Below are positions 1 through 11,762 of a DNA stretch of 64,000 bases, piece by piece (the stretch's first letter is position 1; every line of letters begins with the position of its first letter). The DNA is from Rhodosorus marinus CCMP1338. Lineage: Eukaryota; Plantae; Rhodophyta. The notes beneath the pieces are model-generated. The model made no database searches. It was not told where the DNA came from and saw only the letters and a list, made by a program, of their open reading frames with translations. A program made the position numbers and the translations under genes. The DNA is taken from the NCBI GenBank assembly GCA_029953675.1, contig JAMWBK010000003.1, positions 2,666,001-2,730,000 of the forward strand, read 5' to 3'.

Positions 1-1263
1 GCTGAGACGCGCTAAGGTACGTATTTATCCGCTACTGCCGAAGATTGTGACGCGTCCTACCTTGAAAATATTACTTAGCGGTCCCTTGGTCATTTCCGCT
101 GCTTGGTGATAAAGGTGCTCCATGGCAAGTGGCGCACAAACTTCTGGACCAATGAACTCACGGATTGCCTCAACCATCTTGGTGCAGCGTTTCGCAACTA
201 CCAAGTCCCTCTCTAGTGGATCAGAATTCGTTCCAGGAGCGTCCATATCTGAGATCGCCCCTCGAACCCTCTCGTTGCATACGTTTACCAGAACGCTTTT
301 CTGCTTTTCTGTCATGCTGAAGCGAGCTTTTGAACCAGCGTGCGTTGCCTCAGCGGAAGCGTCAACGTCCGAGCTCACCATAACCTACAAATTGCAATAG
401 TCGAATTTCAGGCTACAGAACTCGCCACTTATGAATTGGCGTGGATCTCTCCAGCGAAGCTCCCTACCTGCACAGCGTACACTCGCAGCAACGCGACCGT
501 CGTGTCGAGTTGGTCGAAGCTTATGTCCGCGCTCCAAGCCCCTGGAACGCCAATTCTCGAAGCAAATTCTGGCTTCTCTACACGCCACTCCAACACTCTC
601 ACATTTCCCGGCAAAGGTAGGCAGAACCTTAGCGCATGTCTCGTCAGCTGCCCAAGGCTTCTCTTCGCTCCGGACTCTCCTGATCGCGTGGAAAACAGAA
701 AACCTCAGTTCAAGTATACGGTGGACGCAGAAGAGCTGCAATCCCAGCATATAGAAGATCAAAGAGTTCATCCGCTGTGCTAGGTTTTGAGACATATGCA
801 TACCTCCAGACAAAGGTTCGGGAATATTAATAGACCGAGAAATAGCTTTCGGCATGCAATCCAATTCACCAGAGACGAGAATTTCCGTTGCGCCTCCGAC
901 CAACTTCGCTCCGCTTTCGGCCCCGACAGATGTGTTTCGTACGAAGAACAAGGTATCGGCTGCACCCGAATACGATTGCGCTCTCTGGTTTGCTAAAAAC
1001 ACAACCGCGTTTGACTGCTCCATTTTCAGAGCGTAATCCATCGCCCATCTTACCGAAACGAGGATCCTCAGCACTCTATGTCGCGTCCGTTGAGCATAGT
1101 CTAGCACCAGCTCTTTTCTCTCCGTACTAGACTTCTCCGGAAGAGAGTCAATTAGCTGGTGCAGCTCTCGATAAGCGTTCTGACATGAATCGTGTACCAG
1201 AGAACCTAGCTGAACGGGAGGTCGACCCACCCCAGAAGGATCTGGCGGCAGATTCGCCGCCAT
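1..1263 (-). CDS. MED14: Mediator of RNA polymerase II transcription subunit 14, multi-exon, 3' part runs off the window
   Basis: N-terminus LGSLVHDSCQNAYRELHQLIDSLPEKSSTERKELVLDYAQRTRHRVLRILVSVRWA matches the Med14 N-terminal pattern. GT-AG introns at about 803-680 and 467-385 join the LPGNVRVLEW...RIGVPGAW exon and the 25..381 frame. Confidence 0.8.
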
Positions 1264-3346
1264 ATCTCTTTCAACACAATCCGAAGACAATCAGTCCTCA
1301 AGTTGTGGCAAATCTTAACCTCACTCGGAGACAACACCGAACCCAAGGAAGCCCTCTATACAGCAACAGAAAACCCCACATATATAGAATAAAATAGCTG
1401 TCATAAATATGTACAAAACAGTTCCGGCAACACACGCCAGTTGACGAAGACCTCAAAAATCACAAAAGCAAACACCACCAACTACAAAAGGAATCACACC
1501 GGCGTCCCACCAGAAAAACCTCCTCGATGGAGCGAATACAAAAGTAAACTCACTCCATTATCGATCAAGCGGGTGGCATGCATTGTTTATATTTCCATCT
1601 GCATTCTCAAAATTCTCCACCCTCAATATCCTCCACCTTCTCCGACCTCCCTCTACATGTGCGAGCTAAGAACTATCCCATCCACCCCTTTCTTTCCCTT
1701 GTGAAGCGAAAGTCGCGGTTCACCTTAAAAAAAACACGAAAAGAATCTGACTTAATTAAGAATTATCTAGAAATTCAACGTCGCATTGTTTCCTTAAATT
1801 TATATTTTGTATGTTTGCATCATAGTTTAGATCTGTTCGTTACAGATTCAGGAAGTTTAGGATAAGAGGAGCCGTAAGCTTTGTACGTCTTGAAAAGGGG
1901 AAGCGCAATGATCGGAACGGGTTTGGACAGGGAGAATCTCGTGGCACATTCGCTGCTGTCTTTGATGTCTGGCCCGCAGATTTACATCGGATATAAGTTT
2001 TCAAAATTGGAAGGTTCAGGAGATCGCCCTGGAGATGCGTGTATCATCGGCCACTCCTGAGTGTGGATCTTGGACCGCAGAGTTTTTGTACAAAAATGGA
2101 AGTGCTGGGTCGCGAAGAAGAAGACGACGTAACGGGATATGGGATCATCTCTGACGCACTTGAAGTGAAGTTTTTAAATGTATACAATGGATTGCTTACG
2201 ATCTGTCGAGCTTTGGACAGGTAAGCTCGTTCACAATGGCTCCGGCGGACCGGGTGGGACTGAAAATCCGGAACGACTTCCTACGTCAAGGGCTGCTCAG
2301 AGGTCTGGACCTTCTTCGTAGCCGTGATCCGACTGCTAGAACTCTGGATCTCGAGCTAGAGCGCCAGCTTCGGAGCGAGCTGAGAGAGCGGATAGCGGTT
2401 TTTGCTTGGCTGGTAAAAGAGAGAGAGTGATATACCGAGACATTTTAAGAGTCTTAGAGCAGCGTCCCTGACATACGTGGCCCTCTGTTATGGTGCGCAT
2501 CAGGATAAGGGTACAGTTCGTCTAGAGGAAGCTACGAACGCTCCCAGGAGTAAAGATCCAGAGTCCGCAGGAATTCTTGAAGAGGACGGCAACAGGGAGG
2601 CTGTAGATCTCCAACTCACAATCCTAGTGCGGGTACTGGATCAGAGCAGAAGTGTGGTCATCAGAAATGTCTAACAATAGCCTTTCGGGTTTGGCCTTCA
2701 CAGGAAGAGCCTTTAGTTTGTTCAGAGGAAGCTGCAGATGTTGCCAGTGCCAGCGAGCAGGAGCCTGCAGGGCACCTGCAGGATTGCACTTTTCACAAGG
2801 AAGATCTCCGTGCCATGAAGGAAGTATGTAGAATGACTTAGAGCCGAGAATATCGTCTGACATTTGTCTAATGTTCCTAATTCCCCCGGTAAGCTCTGCC
2901 TCCTTAACGGGAAGTTGTCAAAGATATACGAGAATCTGTCGAATCTTCACAAAAGGTTACAGAGCTCTAGCAAAGGAGAAGAGGAGCTGACTACGCCGAA
3001 AATTTCTCCTGTCTCTGAGCCGCGGGACCTGGAAACCACGGTACTATTTGCTCCACTGCATGCTGTACAGTTTAATAGTGGCAACACCGCCTGCTAACGT
3101 TTGCTATGTCCGGTCGTCATTGACCAATAATTACCCAAGTCCGGTACACCTTCTACTACGGTCAACGCCCATCAAGTTCCTGTTCGCAATTTGATTCAGA
3201 GGTTTGATGAGGTTTCGGTCTCAAGCAAGATGGACCGTCTCTTGACCCGCTTTGTTCAAAGCCAAGAACATTAGAGGCGATCTGTTCCGGGGGTTGTTCA
3301 AACTGGGGGCACAAGAACAAAACACGAGCCCCCCATTGGCAAATTA

Positions 3347-4167
3347 TCAACCCCCTTGCATCGTGCTTTCCATCCCTGCCTGGACTTCTTCCCCTTCCCG
3401 ATCAGCAATGATTTGTTCCAAGACTTCTTTCATTTCTGGTAAGGAAGCAACGGTATAGTCGGGGATGGTCAAAGAGTGATCTCTGTGCTCATCACCAGGT
3501 ATGATTTGATCCAATATTTGAATGGTCATAGCACCCGCACTCCGTCCACATTGTATGTCGTCGCTAAGCAAAAAGGGAATACACAACAATCGGAGTTAGT
3601 CCTTGGGAAGGACCCTCAACCTAGCTCACCACGGCGGAGAGGATGATTACCTGTGATCGCCTATCATGACAACGTTCTCTGGTCTAGTCTGCCATCTATT
3701 GCAAATCTCCAATAACGCCGCTGGCGATGGTTCGGTGGCTCAAAACTCCTATCAAAAGCTTCGTGAAAGTATTTCTCTGAAAGACTCAAGAACTGATCTA
3801 TAGCAAGATGAGTGTTCCTCGTCAACAATGCCCTTCGTAAATGATTCTTGTCCAGAAAATCAAAGAGCTCATCCAGACCGTCCCTAAGCTCCATGCGTTG
3901 AATACCCTCAGCCTCGACCTCCAGTACTGCCGCCATTGATCGGGAACTCTCCTCTGCTGGTAAGGAAGCAATGTGCTTCAAAATATCTGCTTTGGGTGGT
4001 ATCTGAGCCCGTCGCCGCATCTCAGCGAAGTCAATTGCGCCCTGCTTGGTCAGACAACCATCCATGTCAAACACTATCCCGGCAATCACACTTGAAGATT
4101 CAGCCGTCATTGACGCTACTCTCCGCTTTGAGCTGCGAACCAATCCAGCGAGCGATACAAAGGCCAT
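3347..4167 (-). CDS. HAD-superfamily hydrolase, plastid-transit-like N-terminus, apparent 1-nt frameshift at about 3731
   Basis: Motif I VFDMDG and motif II LLTRN are present. Motif III KPSP and motif IV MIGDH-SDD appear only after a one-base frame change. An intron (gtaatc...actaac...cttag) precedes SDDIQCGRSAGA. The protein begins MAFVS. Confidence 0.85.
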
Positions 4168-7100
4168 CCAGTATTCTCCAACTTATCCTCGGAGAGAACG
4201 ACTCACTCTCCTTGCCGATGAAGTCAGTCTGTCCAGCGCTCAGTGCTTCAAAGACGTTCAGCGATAACACAGTGCTTGTGCAATTGAGCAGAAAACCGAG
4301 TTCAGCAAATTTCAATTGCGGGAGGAGAAGTCCTGGCCGTTATTTGCTGAGGTCATTTCTGAAGTCATTTCTTCACTTATGATAAAGTTTAAGAGGGGTA
4401 TGCTGATCGAAGGGGAACCTGGAAATACACAATCGACTGGTTGTAGGGAACATTGCCAATAGTGACTAATCGTCCAGCGGTCAGAAGAGCAACCCTTACC
4501 GAGTGGTCTGGATATACTGCTCAACTGCGGTGAACGGTGACTTAACATTTCCCCCTGAACTGCTGGATCGCACACTGTTTGCTCTTGGCTTTCACTTCAA
4601 ACCGATTGTTGGGTTGGATAAACTGGGATTCGTCCTTCCGCTTGAAGATGGATGGGGACGGTGGCAGCGATGCTGAGAGCTTGTATTTCTGACAGCTTCC
4701 TCCCTACAATTTACTGGGTGGAACTCTTACCCACATTTTACAGAGGCCTAATGCAATTCCCGAGAAAGAACCTGAAATGGACAACCCCATGCGAAGAGGT
4801 AGTCGACAACAGCAAGCCAAGACGGTTCATCCAGATTAAGAACATAGCAGATTAAATTTGGATATATATTCTAAAATATTCATTCACAAGAATTATTCGA
4901 TCTTGAAGTTCATAATTACAGTATAGTACGATCATTACCGTCCAATCGGGAGAGAAGTTGATGTTGTGTCCAATTGTTGAAGCAGTTCGAGAAGCTACCG
5001 GAACGTTGTGGTTGTTGATGAGAAGGGTAGGGATAGTTGGTGGTAGGGGATTAGCTGTTCCGTGAACCAAGGAGCCGGCTATTAAATTACGTGTTTTGGA
5101 GTGATCAAGATTTGGAATACGTCATGTCCAAAGGACAGGCTGTGTATTGCTTCGGGTTGTCCGTGTCGGTAAGTGTATCCTGTCATTCGGTTGTTTCTGT
5201 TGCCCAGGTTTGATCGTTCAGCAAGCTGGTTTGGGGGCCGCTGGAAATTCTGTTGACTATGAACCTGGTTATAACCTAGAAACTGAATGAAAACTCCATT
5301 TTCTCTCCACGATAGGGCGCGATCGCAATGGTTTGCTTTGGCGCAGCTTTTGCAAAGCACTATCCCTACTTTGGCTATGAGGGTGACATGGTAGGTCCTG
5401 TACAGGCAAGGACATGGCTTTACTAGCTCTGCTTTTCCTAATGTCCATTCCCCGGCATTTCTCAAATACTAGGATGAAGCCGCTGGTGCATGCTTCCGCA
5501 CTGCGATCGCGTTTGGAATATTGGGAGGTTTATCCGTAGTGTTGTTCATGTACGCAGCTGCAAAGCAGAGAATGGCACCGACCAACGTTCGAGGCCGGTA
5601 CGAAGCGGTTTAGAGATAACTTAAAAAAATCCATGGCTTCAAGTAGTCGAAACACTTAGGGGCTGGATGCGCCGACCACCGAGTCTAAATATGAGCTCTA
5701 CGATGGAGAAAAGCGTACTTTTGGAGTTTCTTATTTTCCCACAGATTCTTTATAACAGTATCAATACAAATGAAGAATGCGTAAGAAGGCTTGCCCGTTA
5801 GCGTCCATGGCCGCTCGCAGTCTGGACAGCCTGAAGCAAGGCCTTGGGATAGCATCGTTGAATTCGTTTTTATGACTCCAAAGGCCTTGGTCTTAGATGC
5901 TCGGGTGAAGTTAGCTAGACATCCTCATGGTAAACAGTCCTTGTCGACACTGAACAGGAGAACTCGGCACGAAATCTACATCTTGTTGCTGTCCGAAAGA
6001 CGGAAATGTGATCGATCAACGATGTTTCCAAAGCAGCTGGGAGCAAAGGGAATGCCGAAATACTACAAGTCGCGGCAGGAGTGGACAGTAGGCCTGAAAC
6101 CCCTGCTCTTCTTAGTCTCCGACCTTGAAATAGTAGTACCTATGTCCATTCTCCGCTGAAATCCCTAACTTTGCCCTGGCTGCACATGGCAACCGCTGTG
6201 CGAAGGCCGTGGCATTTCTCATGAACTCACAGCCAATACCACAAGGAAAGCAGAGCGGCCTGACAAATAATCAAGAGAAGAGGAATGTCAGGAAAAGCAA
6301 ATCGCATCTTCTCTCCACTGCAACGCAGCTGGCTTTGGATTGTACCATCAACTTCAACCCGACCACTTTCCGTCGTCATAAAAGTCCTCCTTCCCAGTCA
6401 TACTGCTTAGGATTTCATACTGTCTACCCTACATAGTACTTAAGGTGGAGCTTACAAGAGCCACTGCCGGTCATGTGAACGGAAGCATAAACGTTAAGAG
6501 TCAATGCAGAAGCCTTGACCATGCTATGGAAGAAGTTTGTTAAATGCTCATGGTCTCTGGGCAATCGCGATCCCCTGTTTGCGACGTCTATTGCAGCTAT
6601 TCGGCTGAGCTAGTTTTCCGGAGCTGCCTCGTCCTCCTACGCCCCGTCTCGCTGTCCTTCTAACCAGCAGTTGTCCAATCGCTTTGCAGACCCCAGTTAT
6701 CCAGACCGTTTGAAAGCAATTGTCATTTGATGGAATCACGAACATCAGCTCACAAGCCCGTAATCTGCGTACTTCGACATTATGATATATAGTTCTTCCA
6801 TGTACAGCACGCTACTGAACAAACCGCGGCGGCAAGGAAAGAAAGCCAGAGCCATCGACCAATCTGTGGCCACAAAGCGAGGGAGAATTACTGAGCTCAG
6901 ACCTCGTGAGCGCACTTGATCACGGCTACATTGCCACTCCGCAGTACTGTAATCTAGAACCCCAACACCAACCTCTAAGGACTACACCTGGAGCCAGTTT
7001 AAGTATCCACAGTAAACGGCTGCATGTGGATTCAGCAGATGGGAAAAGCGCCATTGCCCTGTCAGTGCTCCTAAAGCATATGGACTGAGCACTCAGTCAT

Positions 7101-9002
7101 CCATCAAGGGCAAAAGCCCATACGGAACGAACAGTGATAACCAGAGCATCAAAATCTGCCTACGAAAACTCTTCAGTAAGCAGCTCGCTCTCATCCATCG
7201 AGAGGCGGCAGTATGCCCTCCCATCCTTCCCAACGCTTAACGGAAACGGTCTTTGGTTTATGGAAGCCAATTGCACTCCAAGAGTCCCAACTGGCAGGAC
7301 GGAATTCAATGAATAAACGTTCTACTTTCACTGGTGTGGACAGCTGTCTACATTTGGGTCACCAATGAGCCTTTTCCTTTCAACTTCTGGAAGGACGTTT
7401 TCTCCTCGAGCAAACAAATCGATTGAGGATGATCGCTTCCGATAAATTTCTCCCGAATTTTGAAATCCTGGCGAGGTTGACGGCCTTCGATTTCAGATCA
7501 GTACTTTAAATCATTAGTCAATATACGATTCTGTTTTCCCGCTTCAAAAATGTATGCACTCCTGTCCTTGTCATGGACCCCCACTTCATTTTTACGGTTC
7601 GTGCCGTACCCGTAATATGGAAAAGGAATGGAAGTTTCATATTTGTTTAGTAGAAAAAAGAAGCAGCCGTACGAATGTTCATTTCTGCATGTAGGGGGGG
7701 GATCTTTTCGTTGTTTGGCCAAACCCATCCATTAGGACAACTGATATGGTCTCGGGGTCTGGGGAGAACTTTATTATTAAGATTTTGAAGAAATGGAATA
7801 ATATTTTACTATATTTCATAAATCTCCAAGTTTAGAGGCCGGAAAATCCTCTTCTCCAGGATCTTTTTTGTTTACGAGTACGCGTGTATCTCCCCTTCTC
7901 ATCCGCCCCCCTGCCGAGACCTCATTAACCCCCGCCGTCTCCCGGGAACCATCGAAATTTGATCTTTTTTTGTGAAGGAAGGTTGAGTGCCATTCTCAAC
8001 TTTCGCTAAAGCCCCTTTTTGGAATTGAACATTGCTTCGTCTTCCATAAGAGCGCACATCAAGACGTCGCGCGTGGATCAGAGGGCTAGCGGGTAGAACA
8101 GAAACTTGGGAAAGCTGTGTGATATTTTCATTTTTTCTAGAATAGGTCTCTAACATATTGCAAGATCCAGAGGGGGGGAAGGGTGTGTCACATGGTCTGC
8201 TATTTTTTCTTCTACAAAAGCAGTTGATGGTGAGAAAGTATCCAAAAAGTTCTCACCCCCCCTCTCTTTGATCATGTCGTCGTCATGTGGACGCTGTTGT
8301 GAGCAGGCCAATTACGTATTTCGTATATGGATAGATGTACTTCAAACAGGCGCTTACTGGAACCCTAGGACTCCGATTTCAACGACCTCCCCCCCCCCCG
8401 CCCAACCCTATCCCTCCTTTTTTAAAGGTACCGCACCCTACAACATGGTGAAACCGGAGATTTCGTAATTTCAAAAAATCTTAGGTAGAGGATTTTTTTT
8501 GATGTTTTGGTGTGAAATACAAAGCAAAACAGAAACAAATAGCTTCAGGTGTCCACAATTGACGTGACTCACCTTCGCAACAACCTAACCCTCCTACAAA
8601 AAATAGGGGTAAAACAAAAACATCGTTCAGATATAGTGCTGCATAAATATTATTTTATCGTAGATTTATCGGCAGCCAGCGGATATTGGTCATTACGTTG
8701 ACAAATACAAACAGGGGGAGGGGGGGTAGAGTTTTTTTTTTGTACGAGACGACCCATTGTCCACTGGCCATTGAGCCTTTTCATGAGCTTTCGTTAAGTG
8801 GGGCCGGTATTTACCCCCCTGCAAATATTTTCCCGGTATATATTCTTCTGTTTATTATTTTAAGAGGGTTATAAATTTCTGTGCGCAGAGTTCCCACCGG
8901 CTTGTTTTCGGATAAAAAGTTAGGATCGAGGAGGCCAGATGCAGCTGAAAGCCATCGAGGCGTAATCTTTTTACTTGTTTCATAATGAATATATATAACG
9001 AT

Positions 9003-9110
9003 GGGTTTGGGAGGGTGCGACAGTGTGGATGGGGGGAGAGCGGGTTGGGGGGTGTGGGCTGGGTGGTTGTGGTGGTGGTGGTGGTGGGGGATGGGGGAAG
9101 CCCGGGGAGG
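9003..9110 (+). repeat. G-rich low-complexity tract with (GGT)n, potential G-quadruplex upstream of the MYB gene
   Basis: More than 8 runs of GGG or longer plus a ggtggtggtggtggt repeat, 170-280 nt upstream of the MYB ATG. Confidence 0.6.
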
Positions 9111-9281
9111 AGAAGGAATAAACAGTCGACTGGACTGATATTGTAAGGAATAATGTTTCTGTTCTCGTTTTCGAGGGAGCTGGGTTTGTGGGGGCTGAGG
9201 GGAGTGTTTTTCCGGTAAGGGAGAGTTTGTTTGGGGGAGGGGGGGGACGGTTGGGTTTGGACAGAGATGGGGTTAGTGGAT

Positions 9282-9896
9282 ATGGAGATTTTGTCTCCGT
9301 TATCGGATGAGACGTCAGTAGATGATGGAACGGCTCAGCCTGGGTTGGCGCTGCTTTGTTTGGCGGTTGAGGCTCAGTGCGGGAAGAAGGAGGAATCGAG
9401 CTCGACGGAGGATTACAGAAAAAATAACAAGGTGAAGCGCGCTTGGTTGGCGGAAGAGGATGAACTGCTTGAAAGGATGGTTGACATACATGGACCACGT
9501 CATTGGACGCTAATTGCCGAGAAGATTCCTGGTCGGACCGGGAAACAGGCCAGGGAAAGATGGCTAAACCAGCTAAATCCGGACCTGAGGAAGAAGGGTT
9601 GGACGCCGGAGGAGGATCGAATAATTCTGCAAGAGCATGCAAGGCTCGGTAATAGGTGGAGCTTGATATCCAAGAAACTCAACGGACGGACGGATAATTC
9701 CGTTAAGAATAGGTTTAATTCTACTCTCAAGCGAATGACGCTCAACGGCCAGAATAAATCAGATGAGGAGGCCACGGACGTGTCATTCGAACCCGCGGAA
9801 GGAAAGCGGAACAAGGGAGAGCGTCTGAATGCCCAAGGGAAGAGGCGAAGGACTGGAAAGGACTCACGGACTTTGAAACGAAAAACTATGTTTTAG
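9282..9896 (+). CDS. R2R3-type MYB transcription factor, intronless
   Basis: Two MYB repeats: WLAEEDELL...WTLIAEKIPGRTGKQARERWLNQL and WTPEEDRIILQEHARLGNRWSLISKKLNGRTDNSVKNRFN. Confidence 0.93.
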   Translation: MEILSPLSDETSVDDGTAQPGLALLCLAVEAQCGKKEESSSTEDYRKNNKVKRAWLAEEDELLERMVDIHGPRHWTLIAEKIPGRTGKQARERWLNQLNPDLRKKGWTPEEDRIILQEHARLGNRWSLISKKLNGRTDNSVKNRFNSTLKRMTLNGQNKSDEEATDVSFEPAEGKRNKGERLNAQGKRRRTGKDSRTLKRKTMF

Positions 9897-10174
9897 GGAC
9901 GATGTCCGTACAACTGTGGATGTGTGAAAAGTGAGCTTCAACTGTGTTCCCGTGTTGCTTTTTGTTTGTGTTTGTGTATGTGTTGTTGTGAGTAAATGTG
10001 GGCATATCAATGTGCTGGCCATTCGAGAAGACGACATGTGCATTGTTTTATGTATGTGTGTGTGTGTTTGTGTTTTTGTGTTTTTGTGTTGACTATGTAT
10101 CTGTTTCAACTTAGGTAACTCTTATAAGTGAGTTTGTTTTCGAGCGCAGCTTGCGTTGCAAAAAAGTATTATGT

Positions 10175-10525
10175 TTATGTGTTCGTTTGCCCGGTGGTGG
10201 CTAGGTTTAACTTTGTGATAAAGATCAATTGTAATTGTTTCAAGATGAAGAACAACTGTGCGGATGGTCCAACTTGTGTGATAAAAAAGGAAAGTCCCGC
10301 TTGGAACGAGAGGCCTTCGATCTGCGAAGCGAGTTCCGCTTCAACGAACATGAACTTGAAACCGTGCTCAGGTCCAGCACGGAGCAGACAGGTCAGCATG
10401 CATGCAGTCCAAAGCACCTGCATCGATTCCGAGCACTCTAAATAAGGGTGGTAGTACGAGCTTGGGTATCGTGCCAAATTGCCCAATCCAAGTTGTGGCA
10501 TTGGCAAAACGACGAATTTGCAGTA
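10175..10525 (-). pseudogene. Possible decayed aldo-keto reductase fragment
   Basis: KFVVLPMPQLGLGNL resembles the AKR MPxLGLGT start, with loosely matching AGPEHG and FFITQV segments. The catalytic Asp and Tyr are not recognisable. Confidence 0.3.
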
Positions 10526-10784
10526 TTCTGTTCGGAGTACTGTAGCTCCGAGCCCGACAGTAGAAGAGCATCAAGGGAACGTCATGAGCCCGGCATAGGC
10601 TGTGTCAACTATCGAACAATTGCAAGGAGCCTTAGTCTGGGTTGGGGATGAGGATGCGCCAAGTAGGAGGGTCCAGAATGTAAAGAAATTAAATAATGCT
10701 TTTATACATCTTTTTTTGAAGTAGTTTAAAATAATTTGCATTATTTTGTACATATGTGCATTCCGCCATCGGATGGACGTCTAA

Positions 10785-11762
10785 TCAGTTGCCTGCCAAT
10801 TTGACCGCAATGGCATCAACGACCTTACCAAAAAGGTTTTGCTCTTGCTTAATTTCTCCGCATCTGACCACGTTCTCAGCAACGCTATCGTCATTCGACA
10901 CTTCGGAGGCAGAATCAGTCCACGTGTCCGTGGAGGATATTATGTGCTGTACTTTTCTAAGAGCAGCAGCAGCATCTGGTCGCTGACTTCCTTGCTTAGA
11001 GAGGAGCGTAGAAATAAGCCCTTTCATTGCAGGAGTTACTGACTCCCAGACGGGGTCACTGAACTCAACCTGTTTGTGAACAATGTCCTTCGCGATGAGC
11101 TTCTTCTCTGTGTGGAGGAACGGAAGCTTCCTAGCAAGGAGAGCATAGAGAAGCACGCCCAAACCCCACATATCAACGTGAGCTGGATTGTAGGACTTCT
11201 TGATGCAGATCTCCGGAGCACAGTACTGGAGGGTTCCGCAAAAGTCCGTGCAATTGTCCCCGAATGTCAGGTCGCTTGCTCTGTGCGCAAGTCCGAAGTC
11301 AATCAACTTGACCGAGTCGAGATTGCCATTTGCTATCATGACGTTCTCCAGCTTAATATCCCTATGTGCAATACCGCGCTTGTGCAAGTAGACCAGCGAA
11401 GTAAGAATCCTTTCCGCGACGGTCAAAGCTTCAGCCTCGCACAGACCCTCTTTTCTCTCCTTCAACACAGAGTATAAATCGCCTCCGGAAATGAGCTCCA
11501 AAACAATGTATATGTACTTGCCATCCTCGATCAGGTCGTGAAACCCGACAACGCCGTCATGGTTGCAATCCATCAGAATCTGGACTTCCCTCACCAGAGC
11601 TCTCCTAGAGGACCCAGTGGACGTCTTGTGCTTGGGGATAACCTTAACGGCAAACTCCTTCTCATCGCTAAGCCTCGCCACCCTCAAAACCACCCCACAT
11701 CCACCCTTGCCCAGGTACCCGATGAGCTCATATCCATTTTCAAGACCAGGAAAACCTTTCAT
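10785..11762 (-). CDS. Ser/Thr protein kinase, CAMK group, intronless
   Basis: GKGGCG loop, FAVK, HRDIKLEN, DFG, GTLQYCAPE and DMWGLG motifs are all intact. Confidence 0.95.
   Translation of the reverse strand: MKGFPGLENGYELIGYLGKGGCGVVLRVARLSDEKEFAVKVIPKHKTSTGSSRRALVREVQILMDCNHDGVVGFHDLIEDGKYIYIVLELISGGDLYSVLKERKEGLCEAEALTVAERILTSLVYLHKRGIAHRDIKLENVMIANGNLDSVKLIDFGLAHRASDLTFGDNCTDFCGTLQYCAPEICIKKSYNPAHVDMWGLGVLLYALLARKLPFLHTEKKLIAKDIVHKQVEFSDPVWESVTPAMKGLISTLLSKQGSQRPDAAAALRKVQHIISSTDTWTDSASEVSNDDSVAENVVRCGEIKQEQNLFGKVVDAIAVKLAGN

Noticed and set aside
780-803. 24-nt in-frame GT-AG micro-intron in MED14
   Set aside because: The same donor joined to an acceptor near 680 gives a normal-sized intron and the frame change the protein needs.
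3720-3746. 26-nt intron as an explanation for the HAD frameshift
   Set aside because: It restores the frame but is far shorter than other introns here and would delete the motif III Lys region.
8980-9642. 220-aa Pro-rich ORF antisense to MYB
   Set aside because: Shadow of the G-rich flank and MYB coding strand.
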